Below, one piece after another: positions 10,268 to 19,131 of a stretch of 64,000 bases of DNA; the stretch's first letter is position 1; each line of letters starts with the position of its first letter. The notes under the pieces were generated by a model that ran no database searches, was not told the origin of the DNA, and worked only from the letters and a program-made list of their open reading frames with translations. Source of the DNA: Candidatus Binatia bacterium (lineage in GTDB: Bacteria > Desulfobacterota > Binatia > UBA9968 > JAJDTQ01). The position numbers and the translations under genes were made by a program. The stretch covers positions 2,176,001 through 2,240,000 of the forward strand of contig OY762897.2 of NCBI GenBank assembly GCA_963666515.2, read 5' to 3'.

Positions 10268-13200
10268 TCAGGCGAGCTTCAACTCGTCGGATACCTGGGA
10301 CAGCAGCTCGTTGATTTCCTCTACGGCTTCCGGTGCGGGAGCGGTCTCGCCGCCGAACTCGACCCGGACGTTGAACCGAAGGTCATGACCCACCGCGGCC
10401 TTGGCGATGTTCGGCACTTGGTCCGCCAGATCCTGGATGCCGTTGACCTCCAGGACCGCCTCGGCCGTTAGCAGCCCCTGGGGCTTCGGTGTCGGGGGCT
10501 TGACGTCACCGTCACCTTTCGGAACACGGAGGATGACGTGCCTGGCCCCGGCGAGGTCGCACGGCCAGGCGCCGCCCCCGTCGCCAAGCTCGATCCATCG
10601 CGCCCGGATACCGTCCTCTATGGCCGACTGCACGGTGAACCAGGGCAGGTTCATGCCGCGCCGGGCCGACAGCGCGGTGGCGACGGCGAGCGCGTTGGTC
10701 TCGCCATCCTTCCAGGCATCGGGGATCGCCTCGGCCATCAGCTCGTGAACCTCGAACCGCTCGGGGGGCGGGTGCAGCATCGCCGCGGCACCGAGGACCC
10801 CTGCGGGCACGGGCTCCTTCAGGATCGAAGCCGGTCCGTTGGTCAGCCACACGAGCCCGTTCTCCACGGCCTGTGAAACCGCCGCTTCCACGTCCTCCGG
10901 CTCGCACTTCGGCAACGTGACGGTCTCTTCATAGCCGTCCATCGGGACCGTCACGGTGTGGCCGCCGGCAAAGTAGTCGCACACGTCCTGGACGCTGATC
11001 CCTCCTTCGCGCCACAGTCCGGGCAGCTTTTCCGGTTCGAACAGCTCGGCCGGCAGCTCACTGAGTGTCACGGCTTCGGGCAATAAGACCTCCAGACCCG
11101 AGTCCTTGAGCGCAGGCTCGTCGATGGCCGTGCGCCAGAACGTTCTGACGGTCCTGTCAGGACGCAACAGCCGTGCCACCCATATCCCCTGGCGGACGCC
11201 CTGCACGACGGTATCGAGTATCTCCTTCGTCCGCAGCATCTTGGGCAGCTTGGGAAACTGGGCGAACGCTCCCACCAGGTCCTTCACCCGGCGCCCATCC
11301 TCCCCTTCCCGCCACAGGTCGTACGGACCGCCCGGCAGCATCGCCTCCGAGTTGATGGCCGTCTCCTGGATGCGGGAGCGCCTGTCCGCCTTGATGATCG
11401 TGAACAGGGGTTCGTCCGTCACCACCACCTTGAAGGCCTGGACGTCGTCGTTTTCGTTCACTGTGACGACAATGGAATATGCCTGGGTGACGGCGTCCGG
11501 GACGCGCTTCCGCGCAGCGTCCAGCTCCCTGGCGAGCATCTGCTCCCGGACGAGGTCGATGGACTGGTCCTTGAGCTGGTCGCGGACCTCCACCCAGCCG
11601 AGATATTCGCGCACGCGCGTGCGCGCCGCTTCGAGGCCGTCCCGCGAAGGAACGACCAGGACGACGGCATTGCGGTAGACCCGGGGCTTGTCGGCGGCGG
11701 TGGTCTCGTCGATGAACCGCCGTGCATCCGTGTTGGGCTTGCCGGACTCGGAGGCCGCCTTCGGTCCGAGGATGCCGTAGTGGAAATCGCCGTCGTCGGC
11801 GACGTCGCGCGGCCGCTCCGGCAGGTTGTGCACCTTCGCGCCCGCCGCCGCAGCGCCCGACGTGAGCGTCTTGCGTTTCTCGATGGCGTCGATGAGCTGC
11901 GATTCCACGAGTTCGGGCGGCACCCGCGTGGTGCACGCGTCGTGGTGCATCTGGCGCAGGTTGGGACGGTTGCCAAGCCGCCACCCCTTGGGCAGTTGCG
12001 GGGCGCCTTCCGGACCGGCGCCGCCCGTGGCCACCTGCACCTCGTCCAGGAACCAGGACAGTTCCGTCCAGCGGCGCAGGGCTTTCTCCAGCTCGATCCT
12101 GTCGGGACCGCCGGCTCCCAGCAGCGCCATCAACTCCGGCGTCGAAGCCTTGTGGCCGATGGGTTGAGAGTTGAGGAAAACCGCAATCACCGCCTGCTCG
12201 ATCTCCCGGTGGCGCAAACCCGCGGCCTCCGACTGAATCGTCCGCGCCTTGACCAGCTCGCCTTCGACGATGGGCCGCCACTCCTGCCCCCCGGCCGCTT
12301 CACCCACGCTGGCGAAAGACGCCAACTCGCTCGCGGCTTCCGCAAGGTCGTTCCTTTCCGGTTCGGCAAGCAGCACGTTGGGGCCCACCAGCGGGCTCGT
12401 GTCCCACTTCTCCGCGTCCCGTAGCGCAATGGCGAAGGTCCGCAGGATGCCGCGCGTGCGCTGGAAGCCCTCGACCTGGGTCCAGCGGGTGTAGAAGACC
12501 TCGGTGAGGTCCGGGTGAAAGGGATAGCTCTCCAGGTAGCGCTTTTCCGCGGCCTCGCGCTCCTTGCGAGTGCCCTCGTCAAGCGCGGCGATGCTGGCCG
12601 CGGCCGAGGTCACGTGCGGACGGAAAGCGTCGGTATCGCGAATCGATTCGGGTTTGAAGAAACGGCGCCGGAGAACCTCGGCCACGTCCTCCTTGCTCAC
12701 CGGGCTGGCGTCTTCCTCCTTCTGGCGGCCGAAGATCTCCGACACCTCTCGCAGCAACTCGCTGCCGAATTCATCGTTTTTCCGCGGGTCCGAGGCCAGC
12801 AGCGACGCCACCAGGGCGCAACGGTCCACCTTGACCACCGCTTGCGTCAGGTACTGGAAGAAGCTCATCAGGAGTCCGCGCCACGAGGGCTCGATCCGGG
12901 CGCGCATGTACATCAGCACCTCGTCCAGCAGCACCAGGGTCGAAAGCCCCTCCTTCTGTGGCGCCGACAACAGCTCCGCCAGGAGCGGCTCCGCAGGCGG
13001 CGTATCCCGCTCCTGGTCCTTGCCCTCGGCGTGGATCAGGCGGAGACCGTCCGGCCCGGCAAGCTGAAACGCCAGGATGCTCCACGGATGCCTGAGCATC
13101 CTCACGGTTCCGTCGGGCGCCCGCGTCTCGACCCCTTTCTCCAGGTCGATCTTGTCGAAGCACAGCGCCGCCACCCGCGCCTTGGGCGCCCGGGAACCGA

Positions 13201-13567
13201 TGTGCGCCTCGAAGTCCTGCACCGCCGACAGGTCGGGCAGCGCCGCCGGATCATGCACCAGGTGCCTGAGAGTGATGAGCGTATGAGTCTTGCCGCCGCC
13301 GTAGTTGACCGAGAGCTTCCTGCACGCCTTGTCGCTCTTGCCCGCCAGCCGAACGCACACGTCCTTGACCAACTCGCGCAGGTTGTAAGTCGGGTACGTC
13401 AGCGCGAAGAACTCCGCCGGGTCCTCGTACACCGGCCGACGGCCCTTCTGCATCATCACGTCGTGCAGGTCCGCGGCGAACACGGCCAACGAAAGCTCTC
13501 CGGTCTTGAGGTCGTCGCGCAACTGCACGACCTCGTGCCAGGGCTTCCGGGAAGGTTGGGTTGTCAT
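10268..13567 (-). CDS. DUF499-family AAA+ ATPase (restriction-like/BREX-related system)
   Basis: KPWHEVVQLRDDL..FAADL N-terminus, EFFALTYPT, Walker A YGGGKTH, Walker B VLLDE, SYPFHP, FQRTRGILR. Confidence 0.88.
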   Translation of the reverse strand: MTTQPSRKPWHEVVQLRDDLKTGELSLAVFAADLHDVMMQKGRRPVYEDPAEFFALTYPTYNLRELVKDVCVRLAGKSDKACRKLSVNYGGGKTHTLITLRHLVHDPAALPDLSAVQDFEAHIGSRAPKARVAALCFDKIDLEKGVETRAPDGTVRMLRHPWSILAFQLAGPDGLRLIHAEGKDQERDTPPAEPLLAELLSAPQKEGLSTLVLLDEVLMYMRARIEPSWRGLLMSFFQYLTQAVVKVDRCALVASLLASDPRKNDEFGSELLREVSEIFGRQKEEDASPVSKEDVAEVLRRRFFKPESIRDTDAFRPHVTSAAASIAALDEGTRKEREAAEKRYLESYPFHPDLTEVFYTRWTQVEGFQRTRGILRTFAIALRDAEKWDTSPLVGPNVLLAEPERNDLAEAASELASFASVGEAAGGQEWRPIVEGELVKARTIQSEAAGLRHREIEQAVIAVFLNSQPIGHKASTPELMALLGAGGPDRIELEKALRRWTELSWFLDEVQVATGGAGPEGAPQLPKGWRLGNRPNLRQMHHDACTTRVPPELVESQLIDAIEKRKTLTSGAAAAGAKVHNLPERPRDVADDGDFHYGILGPKAASESGKPNTDARRFIDETTAADKPRVYRNAVVLVVPSRDGLEAARTRVREYLGWVEVRDQLKDQSIDLVREQMLARELDAARKRVPDAVTQAYSIVVTVNENDDVQAFKVVVTDEPLFTIIKADRRSRIQETAINSEAMLPGGPYDLWREGEDGRRVKDLVGAFAQFPKLPKMLRTKEILDTVVQGVRQGIWVARLLRPDRTVRTFWRTAIDEPALKDSGLEVLLPEAVTLSELPAELFEPEKLPGLWREGGISVQDVCDYFAGGHTVTVPMDGYEETVTLPKCEPEDVEAAVSQAVENGLVWLTNGPASILKEPVPAGVLGAAAMLHPPPERFEVHELMAEAIPDAWKDGETNALAVATALSARRGMNLPWFTVQSAIEDGIRARWIELGDGGGAWPCDLAGARHVILRVPKGDGDVKPPTPKPQGLLTAEAVLEVNGIQDLADQVPNIAKAAVGHDLRFNVRVEFGGETAPAPEAVEEINELLSQVSDELKLA

Positions 13568-13574
13568 GCTGTCC

Positions 13575-14207
13575 TCATTCGCCGAGATCACGCCTCCCGG
13601 AAGGAAACCACTTGCTCAGGATACTCTTGAGTTCCAGAAACGCCGTATCGGTGCATCGACGCAAAGAAACCCTTTCCGCAATCTGTTGATACAGGGAAGC
13701 ACTCCGCGGTTTTTGCGCTTCACGCAGGGCCGCTTCAAATGCCTCTTTGGGCCGCCCCGGCTTAACCTCGCCCACTCGCAAGTATTTCTGCTCGATCAAC
13801 CAGGGGCGGAGTTTGGGATCACGGTTTCTCCAGCCTGCTACGACATCGACGTGCGGAGAATCACTCCAAATCCACGCTTCCAACTCTGGGGACAGCACGA
13901 CCGCCCTCGCCCGTTCGCCCCAAACCGAGCCGGCAAACGCCTCGTTGAGCGTTGTCTGGAGGTCTTGAGGCGTCGTGGCTTCCCTTCCGCTTCCCATGTG
14001 GTCGAATATGAGCAACCCATGGCCATAGTCCGCAGAGAGGTTGACCAGGAAATCAACGCCGCGCAATGCACAGGCAGGATCATGTTCCGGTTCCACAAAG
14101 ATATCGGCGTCGACGGGTCTGGTGCCCAACGCTTCTGGTCTTGCAAGCAATCCCTTCAGGACGTGTTCCAGATCCTTGTCCGCGGCAAGAATGACGATAT
14201 CCTTCAT
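13575..14207 (-). CDS. Small partner protein of ABC/AAA ATPase, MAD4-like (putative TOPRIM-like)
   Basis: MKDIVILAADKD...EPEHDPAC...PELEAWIW...PKEAFE; ATGA overlap with upstream ATPase stop; resemblance to MADS Mad4 is from recall. Confidence 0.65.
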   Translation of the reverse strand: MKDIVILAADKDLEHVLKGLLARPEALGTRPVDADIFVEPEHDPACALRGVDFLVNLSADYGHGLLIFDHMGSGREATTPQDLQTTLNEAFAGSVWGERARAVVLSPELEAWIWSDSPHVDVVAGWRNRDPKLRPWLIEQKYLRVGEVKPGRPKEAFEAALREAQKPRSASLYQQIAERVSLRRCTDTAFLELKSILSKWFPSGRRDLGE

Positions 14208-15457
14208 CCCAAGACCCCTGATGCAAGCAACATGCCGAGCTTGGCTTCGCCATGCCACTGCTTGAGCCTGGGATGCTCGGAACCGAGCACGATGTCCGTT
14301 GCTCCCATCCCGTCTTTGGCGAAGCATAACACGTCGCGTATTCCAGCGGCGTTCAATACTACCGGCGAGTGCGTTGCCAGCAGCACCTGCGCGCCGTAAA
14401 CGGACGAAAGGGAATCGTACGCCGTCGCTATGGCTCTGGGATGGATGCCGTTCTCCGGTTCTTCGATCAGGTAGATGCCACGAAGATCATTGAGATAGGC
14501 GGGCAAGGTCAGGGCTGTCAGCCTGAGGGTGCCGTCAGAGACCATCCAGGACGGCACTTTCAATCCACCTTTGTACTCATAGACCATGTAGCAATGTCTG
14601 TCGTCCTTTCGTTCAACGGTCGTAATCTCCTCCAGATCAGTCAGCGCCGTACGGAGGTGTGCGATCCAATCCCGGTATCGGTCTCCAGCTTCTCCACGCA
14701 ACCGCTCAACGACCCACGGCAGATTCGATCCGTTGGGCAAGAAACCTGCCACTCGCGTCGGCGGACTGGCCTGCCTGATCGCAAGGCTGTTGAGAACAAA
14801 CTTCTGCACCCCGGAGCTCAGGTATTCTCGAAACCACATGGCCACGGGGAGAGCATTGACGTCCGCGGGGAGATTGCCGAGGGCCGACTTTTGCGGCCCC
14901 AGCTTGAACGACGGCGCCCAGCCTTTTCCCCCTCGGGGATAGGTTTCACTGTAGAAGTTGTCGTTCCCTCCCGGCACCTTGTTGACTACGGTCTTGTAGT
15001 TCCGGCCCTTGGTCAGCAACGACTTCGGCGCGTCGGGCGGCATGGGAAACAGTGAGCGCTGGAGCGGCTCCGTCCCATTGTCTTTCTTGAGCAGGAACTT
15101 CTCCGCCTTGAACTCGAACTGCAGTTGTGTCTCATCGAAACCGATCGCCACTTCATACCGCGCCGTGTCCAACTCCGGTCTCGCCGTCCGCTTCCGCAAC
15201 TCATCCGGTATCCGCGCTTCGATGGCCAGTTCCAACCTGTCTCCCTGACGCCGAAACAGGAGCTCTTGCGGGTTGTTGGTTCGGCCGGACGTGGCTGCGT
15301 CCAAACCCTCCGACAAAAGGTCCTGGAGAAAGCCAACGACATCGAGAAAAGTCGTTTTGCCGGACGCGTTCGGTCCCACCAGTACGTGAAACGGGTGAAG
15401 CGGCCTCGAGACGTACCGCAAGCATCGATAGTTCAGCGCTTCAACCAGTGTGATCAT
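14204..15457 (-). CDS. ABC/AAA_21-type ATPase, MAD3-like
   Basis: Walker A GPNASGKTT, signature VSDGTLR, Walker B IEEPENGIHP, H-loop ATHSP. Confidence 0.85.
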   Translation of the reverse strand: MITLVEALNYRCLRYVSRPLHPFHVLVGPNASGKTTFLDVVGFLQDLLSEGLDAATSGRTNNPQELLFRRQGDRLELAIEARIPDELRKRTARPELDTARYEVAIGFDETQLQFEFKAEKFLLKKDNGTEPLQRSLFPMPPDAPKSLLTKGRNYKTVVNKVPGGNDNFYSETYPRGGKGWAPSFKLGPQKSALGNLPADVNALPVAMWFREYLSSGVQKFVLNSLAIRQASPPTRVAGFLPNGSNLPWVVERLRGEAGDRYRDWIAHLRTALTDLEEITTVERKDDRHCYMVYEYKGGLKVPSWMVSDGTLRLTALTLPAYLNDLRGIYLIEEPENGIHPRAIATAYDSLSSVYGAQVLLATHSPVVLNAAGIRDVLCFAKDGMGATDIVLGSEHPRLKQWHGEAKLGMLLASGVLG

Positions 15458-15493
15458 CCCTGCGCTCCATCCGGGTTCAGTGTTCAGAGGACC

Positions 15494-16147
15494 TCAGCGT
15501 GCGAGTTCCCGGAGTTTCCGTCGAAAGTACTGGAAACTGGGCGATGCGTTGTTTTCCACATCCATCAGCGGAGCGATCCTCTCCGCCCATGCCGACTTTT
15601 CCGCCCCTACTGCCTGCCATCCGTTCGATTTCAGCGCACCTGAACCGCCTGCGAATATGGCGTCAGCCAGAACTTCCCACGTGCCGCAAATCGAGTCGCT
15701 AGCGTAGCGGTTGAGGATATCGACCTTGGCGTTGGGATAGGCCGACCTGATCGCCGGGAGGTCTCCGAGCAGCCACGCTTCACCTTCTTCGATGGCGATG
15801 CAGAATCGAGTGGTCGGTCCAGGATTGCAAGCATTCAGCACGGCAAAGAGTTCCTGCCGAAATGTTTTCTGACACCTGTCGTCCAGGTCGCAAACCAAGA
15901 CCACCGCTGCTGGATAGTCGGCCGGGTAACCGGCAAATGCCCTGCCGTAGCCCTTGAGCAAACGGGGGAGTTGGTCAAGTAAAAGGCGCTTGCTGGCGTC
16001 GGTAACCCTCTTGAGGTTCCTTGGAATACGTCCGATTCCCCGGTATTTGGTCACCTTGAACGTGTGCTCACACCCGATCATCTTCGGGATCAAGATGTCA
16101 AGTGCCCTCTTGCCGGACGCGTCTTCGACAAGTACCTCGAAGTGCAT
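15494..16147 (-). CDS. DUF4276-like TOPRIM-fold partner protein
   Basis: HFEVLVEDASG, VCDLDD, IEEGEAWLLGD, SPSFQYF motifs; starts 4 nt after the ATPase stop. Confidence 0.75.
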   Translation of the reverse strand: MHFEVLVEDASGKRALDILIPKMIGCEHTFKVTKYRGIGRIPRNLKRVTDASKRLLLDQLPRLLKGYGRAFAGYPADYPAAVVLVCDLDDRCQKTFRQELFAVLNACNPGPTTRFCIAIEEGEAWLLGDLPAIRSAYPNAKVDILNRYASDSICGTWEVLADAIFAGGSGALKSNGWQAVGAEKSAWAERIAPLMDVENNASPSFQYFRRKLRELAR

Positions 16148-16151
16148 CCCA

Positions 16152-17423
16152 TCACCTGGCGTCGAAATAGTCGCTATACCAGAGGCCGCCCAACGGCAAT
16201 CCCTCCGCCACCATGTTCTCCACGATCGGATCGTCGCTCGCCCGCCGAACGGTTGAGAGGCCATCTGCTCCCTTCTCCAGTATCCAGACTTCGTTGGGCT
16301 CCAACGCATCCACCAGATAGGGTTGGTGCGTCGTCACGAAGACCTGTGAACCACCTTTGTGCGCACCGGCGTATTCACGAAATTCCTTGGCCAGTGTTTC
16401 CAGGAGCTTGTGATACAAGCCGTTTTCCGGCTCTTCGATACAGAGAAAGGGGGGCGGGGTGGGATCTTCAAGCAGCAACAGATAAGCGAACACCTTGAGC
16501 GTCCCGTCTGACATCTGCTGCGCGAAGAAGGGATCCTGAAAACCCTTGTCGTTGAACCTGAGCAATAGTCTGCCATCATTGGTTCTTTCCGTATCGATCT
16601 TGTCGATGCCCGGAATCTTGCCGGCAATGCTCTTCAGAATCTCCAAGAACCGTTGCGGATGTTCACGCTCCATAAATTGCACGACGTTACCAAGGTTGTC
16701 GCCGTGGATACTGAGATGCTTCTGAGGCCCGGCCAGCGGCAGACCGCGGGCCGCATCCGGCGTAAAGTAACTGAGATACCACCCCTCGATGAAACGGCGA
16801 AAAGCGGAGATTCGCGGGTGCTGTTTCAAGGCGCCTAGCGTGGCAATGCCGAGCCTACGACGATCCTCCAATTCGATGCGTTCAGCATCCTTGGATTCCT
16901 TCCCGGCTTTGACCAGTTCCAAAAACTCGAAAGCGTTGAAACCTTCTGTTGAATCGCCCTGAACAGCCAGATTTCCCTTCCACGCCACGCCACGCCCTTC
17001 GCTGAGAACAAGAAAAAGCGACGATGCAATATCTTCGCCCCGGTCTTCGCACATTTTCTCTTCTGACACATAAGGACGACCAGACTCGTCGACTTCGATA
17101 GCAACTTCATAGGTGATGGGAATAGAATTCTCATCTTCCCGATAGTACACCTCAAACTCCATAGGAGCCTCTTCCCCTTGCGTCCGCATTCTCTCGAAGC
17201 CGCCACGTCCCCGTGCGTCGCAAGCCTCTTCGACCCCGGATTTCAACGCATCGGCGAGAAACCCGAAGGCGTCGAACAGGGCGCTCTTGCCCACGCCGTT
17301 CTTGCCGATTACCGCCGTCATTGCTGTCACGGGTTGGACGTCCGGTCGGTCCCACAAACGGCCCAGCGTCACATCCTTGAGCACCTTGAAGTTTTTTACT
17401 CGAAAGCCTTCGATCCTGGCCAT
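16152..17423 (-). CDS. ABC/AAA_21-type ATPase
   Basis: GKNGVGKS, MSDGTLK, IEEPENGLY, TTHQP motifs. Confidence 0.88.
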   Translation of the reverse strand: MARIEGFRVKNFKVLKDVTLGRLWDRPDVQPVTAMTAVIGKNGVGKSALFDAFGFLADALKSGVEEACDARGRGGFERMRTQGEEAPMEFEVYYREDENSIPITYEVAIEVDESGRPYVSEEKMCEDRGEDIASSLFLVLSEGRGVAWKGNLAVQGDSTEGFNAFEFLELVKAGKESKDAERIELEDRRRLGIATLGALKQHPRISAFRRFIEGWYLSYFTPDAARGLPLAGPQKHLSIHGDNLGNVVQFMEREHPQRFLEILKSIAGKIPGIDKIDTERTNDGRLLLRFNDKGFQDPFFAQQMSDGTLKVFAYLLLLEDPTPPPFLCIEEPENGLYHKLLETLAKEFREYAGAHKGGSQVFVTTHQPYLVDALEPNEVWILEKGADGLSTVRRASDDPIVENMVAEGLPLGGLWYSDYFDAR

Positions 17424-17442
17424 TTTGCAGTACCTTATTGAA

Positions 17443-17841
17443 TTATTGGGTGGTAGAGGAGCGGGGCTTCAGCCTCCGTTCTCCGAATCTCCACCGGCCG
17501 TCCGCAAGCGACGCAATCGCGTCTATCTCCATCCAGCCGCCAATCAAGCCGTGGTGATGGCCTGCACCAACAAGCTGCTTTTGGCCAAGCCATCCGAACA
17601 CGAGACAGTGACCGGCATTTCGCAGGGTCCTTTTTAGCCAATCCTCCCGGACCAGCAAAGCCATGTGGCCATCCCCTTCAACGTAGCGCGCTACCGTCTC
17701 TCCACTCGGGATGCGCCACTCGCGAGTGCCCGGGACCCAGCGCAGCTTTCCCGACCTGAACAGAACCGGTGCCGGGGAAAAGGCCGTTACGCCTTCGTCG
17801 ATGGAGCAATCAAGGACATTGCCCTCCCAGTGGTAGTCTTC
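17443..17841 (-). pseudogene. Orphan C-terminal fragment (132 codons) of a large STAND NTPase, Avs2-like
   Basis: Open frame bounded upstream by a TGA at 17842-17844 reads EDYHWEGNVLDCSIDEG...LRW...ALLVREDWLKRTL...LVFGWLGQKQLVG; no start/RBS for the 5' part; overlaps the upstream ATPase tail out of frame. Confidence 0.55.
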
Positions 17842-19088
17842 TCATCGTCAGCCTCGTCGCTGTTTTCGGTGAACGCGAGCGCCGTTTCCATCCACCCTTC
17901 GCTGAGGAGCCGGCCCAGCCCGCCCTGGGATGTTCTAAGCTCCTTGGCGTTGGGCAATTCGGCAACCGGGCGAATGATGGCGTCGTAGGAATCTTCAAGA
18001 CGGCACACGACCGACGTGTTCTCGAACGTGCTGTCGTTGGCGAAAGTCAGCATGTCCGGCGCATGGGTCGTGGTCACGACCTGGACGCTGCCTTTTGCTG
18101 TCTGTCTTTCGATCAGTTCAAGCAACAGCGCCAGCCGCGCGGGGTGAATGCCCGTGTCGATTTCCTCGAAAAAGTACAAACCATGAGGGTTGTCGCCCAG
18201 CAACGCAGCCAACACCGCTAGAAAACGCAGTGTGCCGCCCGAGGCGCTATATGCCGACACCCTTCTTTCCCCGGTCTCAAGAATGTGTAGATGGACTCGG
18301 TCACTTGGATCCGGGAGAAACTCAAGTTTCGCCACGTCCATCGGTGCGAGCTCCCGCAACCAATCGGCCAGAATCGTCCGTCGCGCCTCGTCTGTGCAGA
18401 TTTCCTTCAGAACCGTCGGCAGGTTCTGTCCAAAATCGCCCAATGTGTCCGCGTTCGGGAAGGAGGGTTCGCGCATGAGCTTGGGGGTCAACTCCAGAAA
18501 ACGCATGCCCTGGAAAACACGGAGCACCGGGACTTCGGATAGATCGAAGTATAGATCTGGCTGGTCCAGGAAAAATGCCTGATTCAGAACCGGTTGAGAC
18601 GCGCTCGCGGAATATCCTAGCGGACCGTTCTTCCCATCGAGCGACAATGAGTGGTCAGTTGCTGTCGTCGCCTTGTAGACCCTTCCAGACTCGGTCTCCA
18701 GCTCCTCGCTCACCACGACAAACCTGTCAGGGCCATGAGGCTTGAATCCCACGGTGATCGCGTAAGATGTCCTTTTGCCCGCCAACTCCATCTTGACCTC
18801 GATGGAAAACTCGGATGGCTTCAAGTAGAAGGATGACGGAGAGAAACGAGCGATCTCGTTTGGAGCGCCGCGAATCGGTTCCCATTCCGGTTGGCCCCCG
18901 ACCCCGTGTTTCCCAGCGATGATTTCCTCCAGTGTGTAGCCCCGGCCAATACCGTGAAGGAAGCGGAAGGCGTCGCGGACATTGCTCTTGCCGCTTGCGT
19001 TCGCGCCCACGATCGTCGTGAACGGTCCTACCCGCAACGTCTCATCCGCGAAATTCTTGAAGTTCACGAGGCGGATCGAGGTAATCAT
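17787..19088 (-). CDS. ABC/AAA_21-type ATPase (partner gene apparently lost)
   Basis: GANASGKS, SGGTLR, FEEIDTGIHP, TTHAP motifs; GGAGG RBS before ATG 19088. Confidence 0.85.
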   Translation of the reverse strand: MITSIRLVNFKNFADETLRVGPFTTIVGANASGKSNVRDAFRFLHGIGRGYTLEEIIAGKHGVGGQPEWEPIRGAPNEIARFSPSSFYLKPSEFSIEVKMELAGKRTSYAITVGFKPHGPDRFVVVSEELETESGRVYKATTATDHSLSLDGKNGPLGYSASASQPVLNQAFFLDQPDLYFDLSEVPVLRVFQGMRFLELTPKLMREPSFPNADTLGDFGQNLPTVLKEICTDEARRTILADWLRELAPMDVAKLEFLPDPSDRVHLHILETGERRVSAYSASGGTLRFLAVLAALLGDNPHGLYFFEEIDTGIHPARLALLLELIERQTAKGSVQVVTTTHAPDMLTFANDSTFENTSVVCRLEDSYDAIIRPVAELPNAKELRTSQGGLGRLLSEGWMETALAFTENSDEADDEKTTTGRAMSLIAPSTKA

Positions 19089-19131
19089 CGGCTTTCCTCC
19101 GATTGACGGTTCATGTCCCAAGGGAACCGGA

